A stretch of DNA of 64,000 nt from Octopus vulgaris. Its lineage: Eukaryota. The position numbers and the translations under genes are program-made. The notes under the pieces were generated by a model, which did not search any database, was not told where the DNA came from, and worked only from the letters and a program-made list of their open reading frames with translations. Shown piece after piece: positions 1-14,120 of this stretch (its first letter is position 1; the number at the start of each line of letters is the position of its first letter). The DNA is taken from assembly GCA_951406725.2 (NCBI GenBank), contig OX597830.1:72044001-72108000 (forward strand), read 5' to 3'.

Positions 1-230
1 CAGCAGCAATTGTCAAGTGGTGAGTGGAACAAACACAAAAACAAACACAAAACGCACACATACATATATACACATCACATTCATATATACTACAGCCTTC
101 CACACAGTTTCCTTCAATTAAATTCGCTCCCAAGGCATTGGCCGGCCTGAGGCACATGCCAAAGGTGAAATGCAGTACAATTAAAACAGAGGCCACACGG
201 TTGTAAAGCGAGCTTGTTGTCCACGCAACC
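1..230 (-). mobile_element. degenerate SINE family A fragment
   Basis: Diverged reverse-complement match to the family A copies at 28809 and 62548 (cagtttcc...caaggcattggccggcc...ccacgcaacc). Confidence 0.6.
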
Positions 231-777
231 TTAAAAGTAGACCACTTTCACAAAAACACTTGACCCTCTGGCACCTTTAACCAAAAGATCTCTGATGTTT
301 ACAGTCGGATGAGGTTTTATGATCTGAGGATAAACAGATGTTCTGATATGCTGGCTTCTTGTGTAGCAGTCTGTGAGCCGTGGTTCGTTCCTCCCAGCCG
401 CCCATCATTCTAAGATGGCCTTTAAATGACCACTGGTATCACTCTTCATTCACCAAATTACACAGAAAGAATTACAGAGATCAGTTAGTCAAACCGTGTG
501 TGCAGGTATCAGTACTTGATGTGATGAATCGATAGCCTGGGGCCGGACAGTGCCTTCTGAGTGTATTTGGTAGATGGAAACTGAAAGAAGCTTATCGTCT
601 ATATGTAAATATGCACAAATATGCACAGGAGAACAGAGATTTACAGATTCAAGCTTTGTTATACATTTGATCACATCTTTTTTGTCAGAACCTACGCGTG
701 TTTCCGCTGCAAACCAGTAAGTGCGAGTACATTACCCACTAGGATAATATAACCCTGTTAACCATCTGATATATATA

Positions 778-1390
778 TAATACAAAATGGGACAAGAACG
801 CAAAACAACAGAAGTCTAACCAAGAAAGAAAGGTCAGGCCTGGCCGAACACCGGCCACATGGAGAGAGAAGAAATAGAGGTAGTAGAGGTAGTAGAGGCA
901 GAAGGATGGAAGAATTAAGTAGGAGCGAGAAAAAATTAAAGACACAATGAAGTGAAAGAGGGAAATTGAGCATGAAGTGAAGGCCAGGAAATGTGAGAGA
1001 GGGGAAACGAAAGAACGAGGAGTGGAATGAACGAAGAGTGAAATGGCTGAAAGAAAGAAGGAAAGAATGAAAGAATACAAAGAACAATACAGTCGTACAA
1101 AATTTAGATATAAGAGAGCTAAGTGTAAGTACGCCACTATATTTTATATAAAAAAAATACAAAAATGGGGCAAGAACGCAAAGCATCCAAACAGTTAGAT
1201 GAAACAAAAAAAAGGAAAACAAAATATCCAGGCAGACGATACAAGGAATACAAGGACGGATCATTAGGAGTTTTGTATCCTCAGTCGAGTTCCAGACTAT
1301 CTTTGCAATTTTGGCTGGTTATACTCGAGATTGCTCCAATCTGGCGAGCCTCAAGGAAAAATAAGCTAAGAGTATTACATTCCATGGAGA
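778..1390. mobile_element. Penelope-like terminal-repeat fragments (partial tandem)
   Basis: Direct repeat tacaaaatgggacaagaacgcaaa at about 780 and about 1158, starting next to a TA tract. The partial-tandem layout resembles PLE pLTRs; no coding remnant seen. Confidence 0.35.
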
Positions 1391-1707
1391 TGTATGTATA
1401 TTAAAATTACAAAGACTAAGAATACAGGAAGATGAAGACGTATTAGTTTCATCGGGGGTCCTGACGACGACGATGATGAATAATTATAAAGTTGATTGAC
1501 TTAGAGAATGGATTACAAATATTTGATATTGAGAGATTAAAAGAATAAATTAAATGATTCTAAGATCAACAGATTACAAGAGAATCAATCATAAGACTAT
1601 CAGCTCAATAAATAATGGGTATGGAGATTAATATTTCTATATTATAAGTATATCCATAGTTTTCTTTATCATACATCCATTCTTACATACATATTCTCTA
1701 TCTATCG

Positions 1708-1797
<90 letters not shown>

Positions 1798-1833
1798 TTA
1801 CCTCTATATAATATGTATATATATGTATATATG

Positions 1834-1900
<67 letters not shown>

Positions 1901-2169
1901 ATGTATGATTATGCGAATAATTTTTTGAAACGGTCAGTTCTTGAGAAACGATAGGTGGCTTAGAAATTGACTACAGTTGATTACAAAGAACAGATTATAG
2001 AAAGAATGGAATGAAAGAAGATTATAAGATTGGTAGAGTGTTAAAATGGATTGCAAAATTGAAATGCATGTGGGGTAGGGGAAATTATTAATGTTATAAA
2101 TAAAAGCAATTCTACTAGCTAGCACATGCACACACTCACACACACACACACACACACGCATACACACCT

Positions 2170-2446
2170 ATATATATACCTCCTCCTTCTGATCTTAATC
2201 CTTTTCCTTCTCCTCCTCCTCCCAATCCTCCAAATACTTCTCTTCCTCATCCTCGCCATCATCATCATCATCCTAATCCTTCTTGCCCCCCTCCTCACAT
2301 TCCTCCTCATCATCAGCCTAATCCTTCCGATGAACCTTCCCTCCTCCTCTTCCCTCCCCCCTCCTCCTCTACTCCCATTCCCACCTTCCCCTCCCCTCCT
2401 CCTCCTACTGCTACTGCTACTACGGCTGCTACTACTCCTACTACTC

Positions 2447-2502
<56 letters not shown>

Positions 2503-2530
2503 GCTGCTGCTGCTACGGCTGCTGCTGCTG

Positions 2531-2581
<51 letters not shown>

Positions 2582-2690
2582 TTGCTGCTACCGTTGCTGC
2601 TGCTGGTTCTAAAGCTGCCGTTGCAGGCACTGCTGCTGTTGCTGCTACTTGTTGCTGCTGCTACTACCACTGCTGCTACTGCTATATAGC
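2170..2690. repeat. compound trinucleotide low-complexity tract (CCT/CAT to CTA to CTG)
   Basis: Read directly; explains the poly-L, poly-S and poly-V ORFs. Confidence 0.95.
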
Positions 2691-3009
2691 TGTTGTTACT
2701 TGTGAAACTGTTACCGTTGCCTTAACTGTCTTATTTCTTATTGTTTTTTTACTTACATCATTTGTGATCTACTAGACATATGGTCAAAAGTGATTGACCC
2801 AACCGTGCCGATCCGGTAGATTAGCGGAACTGTAAGAACAAGCTACCAAGTACCTCTTATAGCCCTTTGCGCTCTGATGTCAATCATTATGAGCGGTCCT
2901 TAAGTAGAGAATTTTCTGGAACAACATCGGTGTCGTACAGAGAAGAGATTTGACAGCATCCGCTGGTCTTTACAAAAGAGTGGGGAAAAGAAAGAGAAAG
3001 TATAACATT

Positions 3010-3185
3010 GATGGCTGTGTGGTGAGAGGCTTCTTTAGGAGTCATGTGGTCTTGGGTTCCATCTCATTGTAAGGTACTTTGGCCAAGTGTCTTCTGCTGT
3101 AGCCCTGGGCCGGCCAGAGATTTGTGAATAGATTTGACAGAAGGAAACTAGAAAATACTCGTCTTGTCTACATACATACATACAT

Positions 3186-3232
<47 letters not shown>

Positions 3233-3350
3233 CTGCTCGCTTAGCCAGCGGGGTGGTGTCATTTGAAGGCTAAAGCAATGCGAAGCGCATTGTGACCAGC
3301 GAAGTGCAGCAACATCTGATAACCTGGACGGTCATGGTGATCATGGTGAT
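3010..3350 (+). mobile_element. SINE family A 5' half plus the 3' tail of another SINE
   Basis: tggctgtgtggtgag...ttggccaagtgtcttctgctgtagccctgggccggcc head and body; after the TA tract a distinct tail ending (catggtgat)2. Confidence 0.65.
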
Positions 3351-3389
3351 ATATATATACATACATACATATACATGTGTGTGTGTGTA

Positions 3390-4235
3390 TACGAGGTCTG
3401 ATCAATATGTATATGGACTGTTGCCATAGTAAAGAAGTTTAAGCACACAGAGCAAAGCTGCTTGGCAGAGATTAACTTCAAATTCTGCTGTGCATGCACA
3501 CTAAGTTTTAACATTCTAACTTACTTCCGCTGTTTGCAGCAGTGCTTCGAAGGAAGGTGTGTAGCATGTGATCGCCACATTGATCATGACAGAAAGTTGT
3601 CATGGTGATACCTGCCCAGAGACCACGTAAAATTGCAGAGAGTATATGGAGAGGAGTGTATGAGTCGCACACAAGCGTATGATAGTTACAGACGTTTCCA
3701 AATTGGCCGAAAAAATGTCGATGTTGACGAACGCTCTTGGAGACCCGCAACCAGTAGAAGTGAGAAAAGAAATCGCGGATATGCGTGCAAATGTGAGAGG
3801 AAATCGTCGAATCACCATCCGTGAGTTATCAGAGGATGTGCAGAATAGTTACAGTTCAGTTCAGTTTATCATCACTGAAGATTTGGGTATGAAACGCGTG
3901 TCTGCCAAGTTTGTGCGAAAACCACTTTCAGCTGACCAAAAAGACACTCGGGTTTCTGTTACACAAGATCTTGATTGTGACGAGAACAATGAAAAGGTTT
4001 TGAAAACTTGGCGTAGGCCTCTGAGCAAGTATCGCCAAGCTTTTGGCAAAATTTGATGCCGATTCTCTGCTCACCTTTCTGTCATGATCAATGCGACGAT
4101 CACATGTTACACTTGTTCCTTCCAAGCATTGCTGTAAACAAAGAAACTGAGCTACAACGTTAAGACTTGGTGCGCTTGCACAGCTGAATTCAGGGAAAAA
4201 TCTTTATCAAGCGGCTTTACTTTACGTGCTTTAAC
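3390..4235 (+). mobile_element. defective mariner transposon with an inverted copy of its own 5' end
   Basis: TA + CGAGGTCTGATCAA terminus. Frameshifted transposase N-terminus (LQRVYGEECMSRTQAY...ERSWRPATS; NRRITIRELSED...LGMKRVSAKFVRKPLS, equivalent to the WVPxxL motif). 3998-4235 is the reverse complement of 3437-3630 and encodes EQRIGIKFCQKLGDTCSEAY. Confidence 0.92.
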
Positions 4236-4574
4236 CAGATAGTCATTTGTGGGGTGGGGATGTGGGACCTACATTTGCAGCGTACTAAAGTATGAGGCAT
4301 TTAGTACTGAATATTTCATGTGAAATGGTGTTGAAGGAAACATTACTATTGTTTAACCTAAAAGAAAACCGATCATGCAACAGCTTTGATCAAAAGCATT
4401 CGAAACATATTCACCACCCCTTGTTCGGGCACAGATGTATTCTTTTTGATTAAAGACAAAACAGTACGACCTCAGTTAGATAAAAAGAGGTGCTGGGTTT
4501 GTAATAAGATACGAACAGCGGAGATAGAAACTATACATTGATCCATAAGAGACGTAGTAAAAGAAAAATGAGAT

Positions 4575-4642
<68 letters not shown>

Positions 4643-4655
4643 TATACATATCTAT

Positions 4656-4702
<47 letters not shown>

Positions 4703-4882
4703 ATCAGTTCTAGTTAAAAGTCTTCATAGGTGCTTTTCTCAACAAGATTTCCAAATCACTTCTTTTGTAAGAAAATTCTAAATATAAAAGAAAACTATTA
4801 TCTCAGGAAATCTATTTTATTTCGGACTTATTCAATGACATACATTTTGTAAAAGGAAGCTGCTGCTGTCCTCCTCCCCCTG

Positions 4883-4942
<60 letters not shown>

Positions 4943-5159
4943 TTGCATTGACGTTTTTTTTTCGTACCACATCAGCGCTAGTTCAATAGATAAATAGTGA
5001 ATGATGTTCCAGCTGTGAACCTCCTGATTTTTATCTATTTTTCGGAAATTGTATGACTATATTTTGATTTAGGTTGAGGTTTGATAAAGATGTATTATGT
5101 ATTCTATCACAAAGCGACCCTCATCAGCATATTACGATCATTGCTGCTGCTGTTTGTGT

Positions 5160-5531
5160 GTTTGTTTGTTGAGCAAAGCGGTCTTCGTCCCATATAGTGG
5201 AAGAAGTCCGAAACGTGGTCCTTTGCTATTCGTAAGACTCGCAGAAGGGAACGCAGGTCAACCCCCGACACCGAGAGCATCGACGGATGGATGAATGCAC
5301 ATCCAGGCTCAGCGGTGGCGTAGGAAGTCGGGGACAAGAAACAGGAAGAAAGAGTGAGAGAAAGTTGGGGCGAAAGAGTACAACGGGGGTCGCCACCACG
5401 CCCTGCTGGAGCCTCGTGGAGCTTTAGGTGTTTTCGCTCAATAAACACACACAACGCGCGGTCTGGGAATCGAAGCCGCGATCCTCCGACCGCGAGTCCG
5501 CTGCCCTAACCACTGGGCTATTGCGCCTCCA
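5160..5531 (-). mobile_element. tRNA-derived SINE family D, near full length
   Basis: Minus-strand head ggaggcgcaatagcccagtggttagggcagcggactcgcggtcggaggatcgcggcttcgattccc (A/B boxes), GC-rich body, (caaa)n tail. Confidence 0.85.
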
Positions 5532-5611
5532 CTGCTGCTGTTGTTGTTGCTGCTGTTGTTTTTGCTGTTGCTGTCATTCTTGCTTAAAACCTGCCCAGCC
5601 GATCTCTCTCT

Positions 5612-5927
5612 CTCTTTTACTCTTTTACTTGTTTCAGTCATTTGACTGTGGCCATGCTGGAGTACCGCCTTTAGTCGAGCAAATCGACCTCAGATCTTAT
5701 TCTTTGTAAGCCTAGTACTTATTCTATCGTTCTCTTTTACCGAACCGCTAAGTTACGGGGGCGTAAAAACACCAGCATCGGTTGACAAGCGATGTTGGGG
5801 GGGACAAATATAGACACACAAACATATACACACACACATATATATATACATATATATATACATATATACGACGGCTTCTTTCAGTTTCCGTCTACCAAAT
5901 CCACTCACAGGGCTTTGGTCAGCCCGA
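5612..5927 (-). mobile_element. SINE family A, 5'-truncated
   Basis: High identity to the reverse complement of 62548-62973; tail (tcttttac)n, internal CA/TA microsatellite. Confidence 0.9.
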
Positions 5928-6374
5928 TCAAATAAGTACGAGGGCGGGGAAGTGTTAAGCATTGAGGTTCGTTAAATTGATAAATTCTCTTCGATCTGAT
6001 TTGTGTCTTTGGGGCAAATTCAGAAGTAATTATTGCTCATATAACTAAAAAATGATTGGTTCCTCGTTGAAAATTAATAATACAATGTACTCAGTATAAT
6101 CGATAATTCGATCATTTAGTTCTCAGTTCAAGGAACTTTATGAATGTCAAGTAACAAACACAATTGCCGTCTCACTATATAGAAATATAGAAATGAAAAA
6201 AAAAAAAAAGAAGGCAAAACTTCCATCCACATAGAGAATAATACTAACAAATCGAACCAAAAATAAACAACAAATATAAAAGAAACTAAGAAAATAATGA
6301 AAACTCAACAAAAACAAGGGCAAAATAAAAAACATCAAAAAATAAACCCCAAAATGGCAAATAACAATACTCAC

Positions 6375-6518
6375 AACAACGGCAGCAAATAACAAATTCA
6401 AAATTTGGTCAAATTTAGGAATCATTGTTAAATAAATCTCCACAAGAAATATCACGTGACATGCTACTATTAAGAATAAACAACATAGTAACTTCATTTG
6501 TAGAGAATACAATTCCAT
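6375..6518 (-). CDS. candidate first coding exon (MELYSLQMKLLCCLFLIVACHVIFLVEIYLTMIPKFDQILNLLFAAVV), unknown gene
   Basis: Unique non-repeat island with an ATG-initiated hydrophobic frame ending at donor GTT|GTGAGT (6374-6369), followed by a U-rich intron-like tract. UTR-like sequence extends upstream to about 7770. No homology recognised. Confidence 0.3.
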
Positions 6519-6758
6519 TATAGATTCTGTCCAAAGAATGCATTTTGTTTTTCTACATGAGAAAATATTTTCACAATTCAACTAGGTGCTGTGACTAATA
6601 TTTTATTCACTGAAACACACAAGCGTACAGAGATTGTTCATTCATGTAAGTACAAACATACACCAAGAGACACACGCGCTAACACACTCATAATACACAC
6701 GTGCACACATATAATAGATAGAAACACACACACACAATATATATATATATAAATATGC

Positions 6759-6812
<54 letters not shown>

Positions 6813-6857
6813 GTGCACGTATCAGTCTGTATGTGTCTATGTATCTATGTACGGAAA

Positions 6858-6911
<54 letters not shown>

Positions 6912-7078
6912 AAGTATATGTATATGCATTCACACAAATATACTCGAAAAAGGTCATGCAAAAACATACATATACACGTACATTCATACATGTTTATACA
7001 TACACATAGCAGAGTGACACACACACATAAAATCTTCTATACATACATACAACAATATATGTGTGTATATATATGTGA

Positions 7079-7129
<51 letters not shown>

Positions 7130-7610
7130 ATATGTATATATCTGCGTGTGTATGCCTATATGTGCATGTATTTTATAAATATGAACACACACACAGACAC
7201 ATAAATAAATAACCGGATTATTTTAAAGTAATTTTCTAAGAATCCCTAAATTATATTTGGTTTACTCCTCATACAATGATTATCGATAAAGAGATCGATG
7301 GCGGAGGTCAAAAGCTAAATCTGATTTTTTTTTCTTAAAATGTTTATCTTGATGAAAATTTAAAAAACAAAAAAACAGCAAAGAAAATTTAAAGAATACA
7401 TGGAAAAAAAAGGTAATTAAAAAAAGGATTTTTGGATACAAAAAACAAAAAAAAAAACTCCAGAGAGTGAATTAACGTTTAGATTTTTACGATTTGAAGA
7501 CTAATTTCACAATGGAAGAAAGATTTACATTGCATTCCCTGTTTGACAGTTCTCAACAAACAAAGAGAGATTGAGGGAAAGTGAGAGAAATGATAGGCTG
7601 GGAGGAATGC

Positions 7611-7648
<38 letters not shown>

Positions 7649-7758
7649 AATAGATAAATGGTAATGTGAGTGCCAGTAAGATAGAGAAGAGATTGCATTC
7701 AGTCTATACAGTCTTCATATTCTTTTCACTACCTCCTCTTCCGCTTGCTCCAACCCCG

Positions 7759-7796
<38 letters not shown>

Positions 7797-7915
7797 TATA
7801 TATATATATATATATATTGGCTACCACATTCCATCCTAAAACAGGATATTTTCCAAGGCTCGATAAACATACACATACACACACGCACAATATACATAGT
7901 ATATATATATATATA

Positions 7916-7971
<56 letters not shown>

Positions 7972-8049
7972 TATATATATAGTATAGTACGCAGTGATAT
8001 ATATTTTAGTGACTATGCCAAAGACAAAATGATAATCCAACAATTCGCT

Positions 8050-8540
8050 CCAGAATTCATCAAACGTAATCCTGCAAAACCTGCCGTCAGTAAAGGAGTT
8101 TACTTTGCTGGGACACCCCTTCCGTGGTGTACGAGTACATTGATTGCCTCACATTGATCTGCCCATTGTGGTTCCACTACATATTTCTGACCAACTTAGG
8201 AACCCTGAGCAACCTTCGTGCAAATTTCTGAAAGTTATGAGCAACAAAGTCTCAACTATTAGATAAATCCCACCAGATGATATTAATCTTCTTCTTCTTC
8301 TCTTTACACACTGAATGCATTTTCTAACCATCTTTGTATACTCAGTGCTTCCTCTGGAAATCCATTAACCGCAGTCTCATACATAAACCTATCTATGAAT
8401 CGGTTTCTGATTCAGAACACAGTGGCTTTCCGTGACAAGTACAAACTGAAACCTTTCCACAAATATTGACGAAGGATATCATTCAGTTTCGAATTATCTT
8501 TTACATACTTTCATTTTTGGAATATACAACCTTTCTGCAA
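8050..8540 (-). pseudogene. decayed reverse transcriptase fragment of an R2-group (HERO/NeSL-like) non-LTR retrotransposon
   Basis: Stitched translation AERLYIPKM...MISFVNICGKV...RNRFIDR...VNGFP/GSTEYTKMVRKCIQ...IIWWDLSNS*DFVAH...LLRVP is collinear with the HERO-type motifs AEGVxIPK, ISLLNVEGK, NxYIDTS, GIPGxPGCLEH, WLDLANAYGSxPH. Confidence 0.75.
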
Positions 8541-9732
8541 TGATTATTTTGTAGGCGCATCGCTTTTATGTTACAGTGTCTTAATAGTAAACAACATTTC
8601 AAAGTGTTTGAAACAGAGCTTGTTCTGTATCACTGCTCTACCTTCCGTATGACAGTAATATATTCTTTTATTCCTTTACGTGTTTCAAGTGAAAGGCTGC
8701 GGCCATGCTGGGGCACAGCCAGTGTACATTACTATTTCGTATCACAACATTCTCGCAGACAAAACTCAACTATGGTCGACCTTATATTGTAATTCCCTTG
8801 TTGTTCGAAACATAGAACTGACAAGATCTGCTTCCAATATGAATACGTGGACTTCCCATTCAAGACTAATAATCTTCAAAAATTCTCTTGAATACTCTTA
8901 ATTTTGGTAGTAAATGTCGCATATCTGTTTTAGATTGGCAAATTGAAGGATAATTAGCTCACAAAAGAGTTATCCACTTAGTCGTTCTATGGCTTGATAA
9001 GTGCGTTTTAGAAAATGTTTATCTAAAAAGATCTGAATAAGACAGAAATAAGGTACGAGTTATCAACTTATATACGAAATATTTGACTCACACCTCACTG
9101 TTTATCAATGTCTGAGTTTTAATAAGTTTATATTCTAGTTTTCTTTGACATTTTTCTTGAAAAACAATCATGATGAACGCTGATGAATTAATTAGCATTA
9201 TTTTTCTTGATCAGGACATTATTATGTACGTGAACATACAGATGCATATATATATATATGCATATGTGGATGTACGTTTGTTATTTTTAATGATATATTG
9301 CATGTGACTATTGTTACCTTGAGACTGACTCAGAGCTAGTCCCCCTCCAGTTGCCCTGCAAAGCTTTTTGTTTTACGATAAACCAGAAAATAAGCCAGTA
9401 TAATGACGTTAAGTCTTGTTCCAGGAGGCACGTATATGAAGCCGTTTATAGTTTTACAAAAAACCAGTCTCGATGCGGTGGCAATTTTTGAGAATCGTCG
9501 AATGCTCTGCATACTTGCATCGATTCCTAGGCTTGACGTCAATTTCAAGATTGTTAAGAGGGTGTCATGAAAAGGGCAATCAATCTTTTCCTCTATGATA
9601 CTTATCTCACCATATCCTTGTTATACTTATATAAAAGATGGACCTCGTATCGACAGGCATCATCATATATAAGACTTGTCACCGAATAAGCTTCAGTTGT
9701 ATATAAAACATTGGTAGGAAATCTTTGACATT

Positions 9733-10115
9733 GGTTGGTTGGCATCCTTTCTGTCTCGGGAGACAATGGAGTTGCGCATAACGTAGTCTAGTCCGGCTTT
9801 TATATTTCATGTCCTGATACATTTCCTGCTGTGGCTGTGTAGTCCTATCCTGGACAAACACTCCCTCTGGCAGGTACCGCAAATATAGCGTAGACTGTTC
9901 CTGGCTGGTTGTAATAACATAGTCTCTTGTTGACGTCTCTTCTTTTCTTTCCATTTCTCCTCTCTCTCTCAGTCACTCCTTTGTATTCCCTCTTTTACGG
10001 TACGTCGCCAGTCTCCACGGTTGCCGGTAACTGCCTCCCAACCGCTAATATTGATGTTGCAGGCCTTCATGTCCCTTTTGCAAACATCCTTCTAACGTAA
10101 GATCGGTTTACCCGA
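9733..10115 (-). mobile_element. RTE-clade LINE 3' end (ORF C-terminus plus 3' UTR)
   Basis: Minus translation GKPILR*KDVCKRDMKACNINISGWEAVTGNRGDWRRTVKEG...YICGTCQRECLSRIGLHSHSRKC (typical RTE C-terminus with zinc finger); short UTR ending ggatgccaaccaaccaa. Confidence 0.92.
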
Positions 10116-10481
10116 TTTTTTTTTATTCTTTTGACATTAAAGTCCTGATAAAAGCCATTTTAGAAACTGATGTAACAAGTAAGTCACCCAGTTTGTTAAA
10201 CAATTGGGTGCTCAAGCCTCGAAATCAACAAAATACACCATTATACATACACACAAATACACACGCATACACACACGTTCAAACGCATTCAAACAAACAC
10301 ATGTAATTAATGGTACGTCTTCATAGCCAAAGCAGAGTCAAACTACTCAATTACTAAATTAGCTCAAATGTATTTATTCATCAAAATGATTAGTTATTCC
10401 TTAATCCTTCATTAGAGAATTCAGATGAGAGTATTCTAAAAAATAATGAAACGGTCTTAATAATAATTTATTTTATATCAT

Positions 10482-10852
10482 GTGGCTGTGTGGTAAGTAG
10501 CTTGCTAACCAACCACACAGTTGCGGGTTCAGTCCCACTGCGTGGCATCTTGGGCAAGTGTCTTCTGCTATAGCCCCGGGCCGACCAATGCCTTGTGAGT
10601 GGATTTGGTAGACGGAAACTGAAAGAAGCCTGTCGTATAAATGTATATATATATATGTATGTGTGTGTGATTGTGTGTCTGTGTTTGTCTCCCTAGCATT
10701 GCTTGACAACCGATGCTGGTGTGTTTACGTCCCCGTCACTTAGCGGTTCGGCAAAAAGAGACCGATAGAATAAGTACTAAAAAGGTGGTGCTCCAGCATG
10801 GCCGCAGTCAAATGACTGAAACAAATAAAAGAGTAAAAAAGAGTAAAAGAGT
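10482..10852 (+). mobile_element. SINE family A, near full length
   Basis: tRNA-like head gtggctgtgtggtaag...gggttcagtcccact, cttgggcaagt segment, internal TA/TG microsatellite, tail ggtgctccagcatggccgcagtcaaatgactgaaac(taaaagag)n. Confidence 0.95.
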
Positions 10853-10872
10853 ATATTATTGATAAATTCAGA

Positions 10873-10951
<79 letters not shown>

Positions 10952-10997
10952 ATGTCTGTCTATCTATCTATCTATCTAGCTAGCTATCTGTATGTGC

Positions 10998-11031
<34 letters not shown>

Positions 11032-11401
11032 AGAGTAATCACATAAATGCGAAAAAAGGTGGAAGAAATAGTACTCGAATACCAGAGGTAGAGTAATATG
11101 CTTTATTAATAAATTAATAAAGTATATATATATGTGTATGTGCGTGTGTATGTGTGCGTGTGTGTGCGCGTATGTGTGTTTGCGTGTGTGTGTGGGGGGT
11201 GGAGAGAGAGAGAAAGACAGAGAGAGAGGGGGATTGCTAGCTAGATAGATAGATATAGATACATATAGATGTATATATTAGTCTTTGCGTGGTGGTATGT
11301 CTATCATAAGTAAATACGTTATTAGATGCATACTCAAATACACACAAACTCACACGCACAAACACATATATGCACACACACACAACTCCCCATATACATA
11401 C

Positions 11402-11436
<35 letters not shown>

Positions 11437-11921
11437 CTCGATCAACTTCGTGTGTCGGAGCTATGTTTCAAATCCGGATGTCTCGCCCATCACCAACTTA
11501 TTTCTTATTTCTTGTTTCTTAAGCTATATTCATTCGATAGAATATTGCGTATTTTCTTATTTTAAACGAAACTATCTTTATTACCTATGTATCTAATACC
11601 CTTTGAGGCTAGCGACTGGCTTCTTCTAATAAACATTTTGGCGTAAGAAATCGATATAGGAGACCTTACCAAAGAAATAAACACGTCTCTGGCATTGAAA
11701 CAAGAAACGGTCAGTGTAATTGTTAATCTAATGCCAAAAGTAGCGATAAGAGACGAGAAGTAACAAATTTTTCTCCTCTATGGTAACGCGTTTCACGTGT
11801 CTTCTAGCAGTAAAAACTAATTACAAATGACAGTCTTATATTCTGTTTGGCCAAAAGAGGTTATATTCATCTCGCCAGGTTTCAGAAATCTATACACACG
11901 TTTATACATACTTGGTAAACG

Positions 11922-11959
<38 letters not shown>

Positions 11960-12238
11960 GAATTCAACATATGCACAAAAATGAAAAGCATTTAATGATA
12001 CACACACATACATGTTTACGCATACTGAAGAACACAAACGTACACCATCTCAGACATATACACACACATATACACACATATACACACATATGAAGCAATA
12101 TGTCTGTTCGTCTTTATTTTCATGTGGAACTAAGAATGCAAAGTTGGGTATGTATTACCAGGTGTATATCCGTGTGTATGTGCATACATACATATATCTG
12201 CGTTTATATATATTATATACATGCATGTATATATAATG

Positions 12239-12271
<33 letters not shown>

Positions 12272-12797
12272 CATATTGATATATATATATATACATATAT
12301 GTAAATGTGTATGTACATATATGTAACTATATATATGTATATATATATACATATGAACATACTTATATAATACATACACACACAAACATGTATATATTTA
12401 TACATTGCAACATTAATCACTTGCAAAGAGTCTCACTTTGTAATTCAAATAGATACTCGGCAATCCAATAAGTTTCGCACAGGAATTATTCTCGAAGTTT
12501 AAAGTTTCTAGGAATAAAGGTGTAACTTTACATTGAATCTATGCAAATATATTACATAGTATATGTGTGTGTCTGTCTGTGTATGTGTACAGATGTACAT
12601 ATAAATATATTCAAATATGTATATATATATACATGTATACACATATATATATATACACTTATATATATATCTGTATATATATATATGTAGATATATATAT
12701 GTACATACACATGTGTATATGTATATAAATATACCTACAAATGTACATGCATACAAACACACATACACACACACACATACATACATACATACATACA

Positions 12798-12833
<36 letters not shown>

Positions 12834-13539
12834 TATATATCCACACATATATGTGTTCATTCTGACTTTCTTTTTAGCATGGAAACAAACGCAAGTTTAT
12901 TTCGTCTGCCGTGCATTGTTTTTTATATATATATATATATATTTTTTTCTTCTTGTGTTCTTATTAAGTTTGTATTTAAACTATATAATTTACACCTAAA
13001 TAGCACCATTTCCATGTAAATTGTTTGTAGCTTGGTCAGTTTATACTGTCTGAATTTACTGCAAAGATCGAGATTAAATAAGAGAGAATGAAAAGAATCC
13101 AAATGTAAATGAGAAAGCTGTGTACAAGTAGTGTGGAGTATAAGAAGTATGACAGAAGGAGTGGAGGTTAGAATGGTCGTTCGGAAATAGAAAAAAAATG
13201 CATGCATATGTATGCGTATGATGTGTGCCTGTGCGCATTTGTGTATCTATATATGTACACATGTATATTTGCATTCATCTTACTCACGCTCACATGCAAC
13301 CCCTCTCACACACACGCATACACATAAGCACACACATGTCCTTCATCAGGAAATATTTGCTTAAGAAAATTTTTTTTTTAAATAGTGGGATTATGGCTAG
13401 AATGTTTACACGTAACTAACGTGTCTTCATGCACATGCACACTGGTATAAACATGCACATGTCTATGTGCGTGTGTGTGTGTGTGTGTTTGTGTTTGAGT
13501 GCGTGTGTGTGAGTGCGTGTGTGTGTAATATGTAATCCT

Positions 13540-13790
13540 ACTGCGTGGCACGTTGGGCAAGTATCTTTTACTGTAGCCTCGTGTCGATCAAAATCTTCTG
13601 AGTGGATTTGGTAAACGGAAACTGAAATATATATATATGCATGTATGTATTTATGTGTATGTCCTACTTCCATCGCTTGAGATTCAATGGTGGTATGTTT
13701 ATGTCCCCGAATATGTCCTGGGGTCGATTTCTTCAAATAAATCCTTTTAAAGTGTTGTCAAATGACTGAACCAAATAAAAGAATAAAGGA
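13540..13790 (+). mobile_element. degenerate SINE family A
   Basis: ctgcgtggcacgttgggcaagt...gtggatttggtaaacggaaactgaa...aatgactgaac. Confidence 0.75.
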
Positions 13791-14012
13791 AAATATATTC
13801 AAAGACTGCAAAATTTGGTGTGTTTATAATTCTATGTTACACGAGTTTTACCTTATATTACAGCGTTGGAAATATACTATGAATGTAAATATTATTTATA
13901 ATGATAATATAATAAATATAAATTTATAATAACTGTATATATGTGAAGAACGTATGGTGTATCCCCTACATACACTCGATTACTGAACTGTACAGTATGT
14001 TTATATATATAT

Positions 14013-14044
<32 letters not shown>

Positions 14045-14075
14045 GTGTATGTATGTATGTATGTATGTATGTATG

Positions 14076-14120
<45 letters not shown>

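Noticed and set aside
2119-2689. Poly-Ser, poly-Leu and poly-Val ORFs
   Set aside because: Trinucleotide microsatellite translations.
5455-5531. tRNA gene
   Set aside because: A/B boxes are present but run into a SINE body; there is no proper acceptor stem or terminator. The same applies to the heads at 22441, 28809, 59491 and 62548.
11436-11520. Hammerhead on the minus strand (GUUG-GUGAUGG...GAAACAUAGCUC-CGAC)
   Set aside because: Two core mismatches and no clear stem II or III; too degenerate to call.
11778-11812. Minus-strand GAAACGCGUUA hammerhead half-site
   Set aside because: No CUGANGA box or stem II at a workable position.
12990-13058. Minus-strand exon after acceptor tctttgcag (KFRQYKLTKLQTIYMEM)
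   Set aside because: Acceptor is plausible but there is no convincing donor and two of three frames stop immediately.
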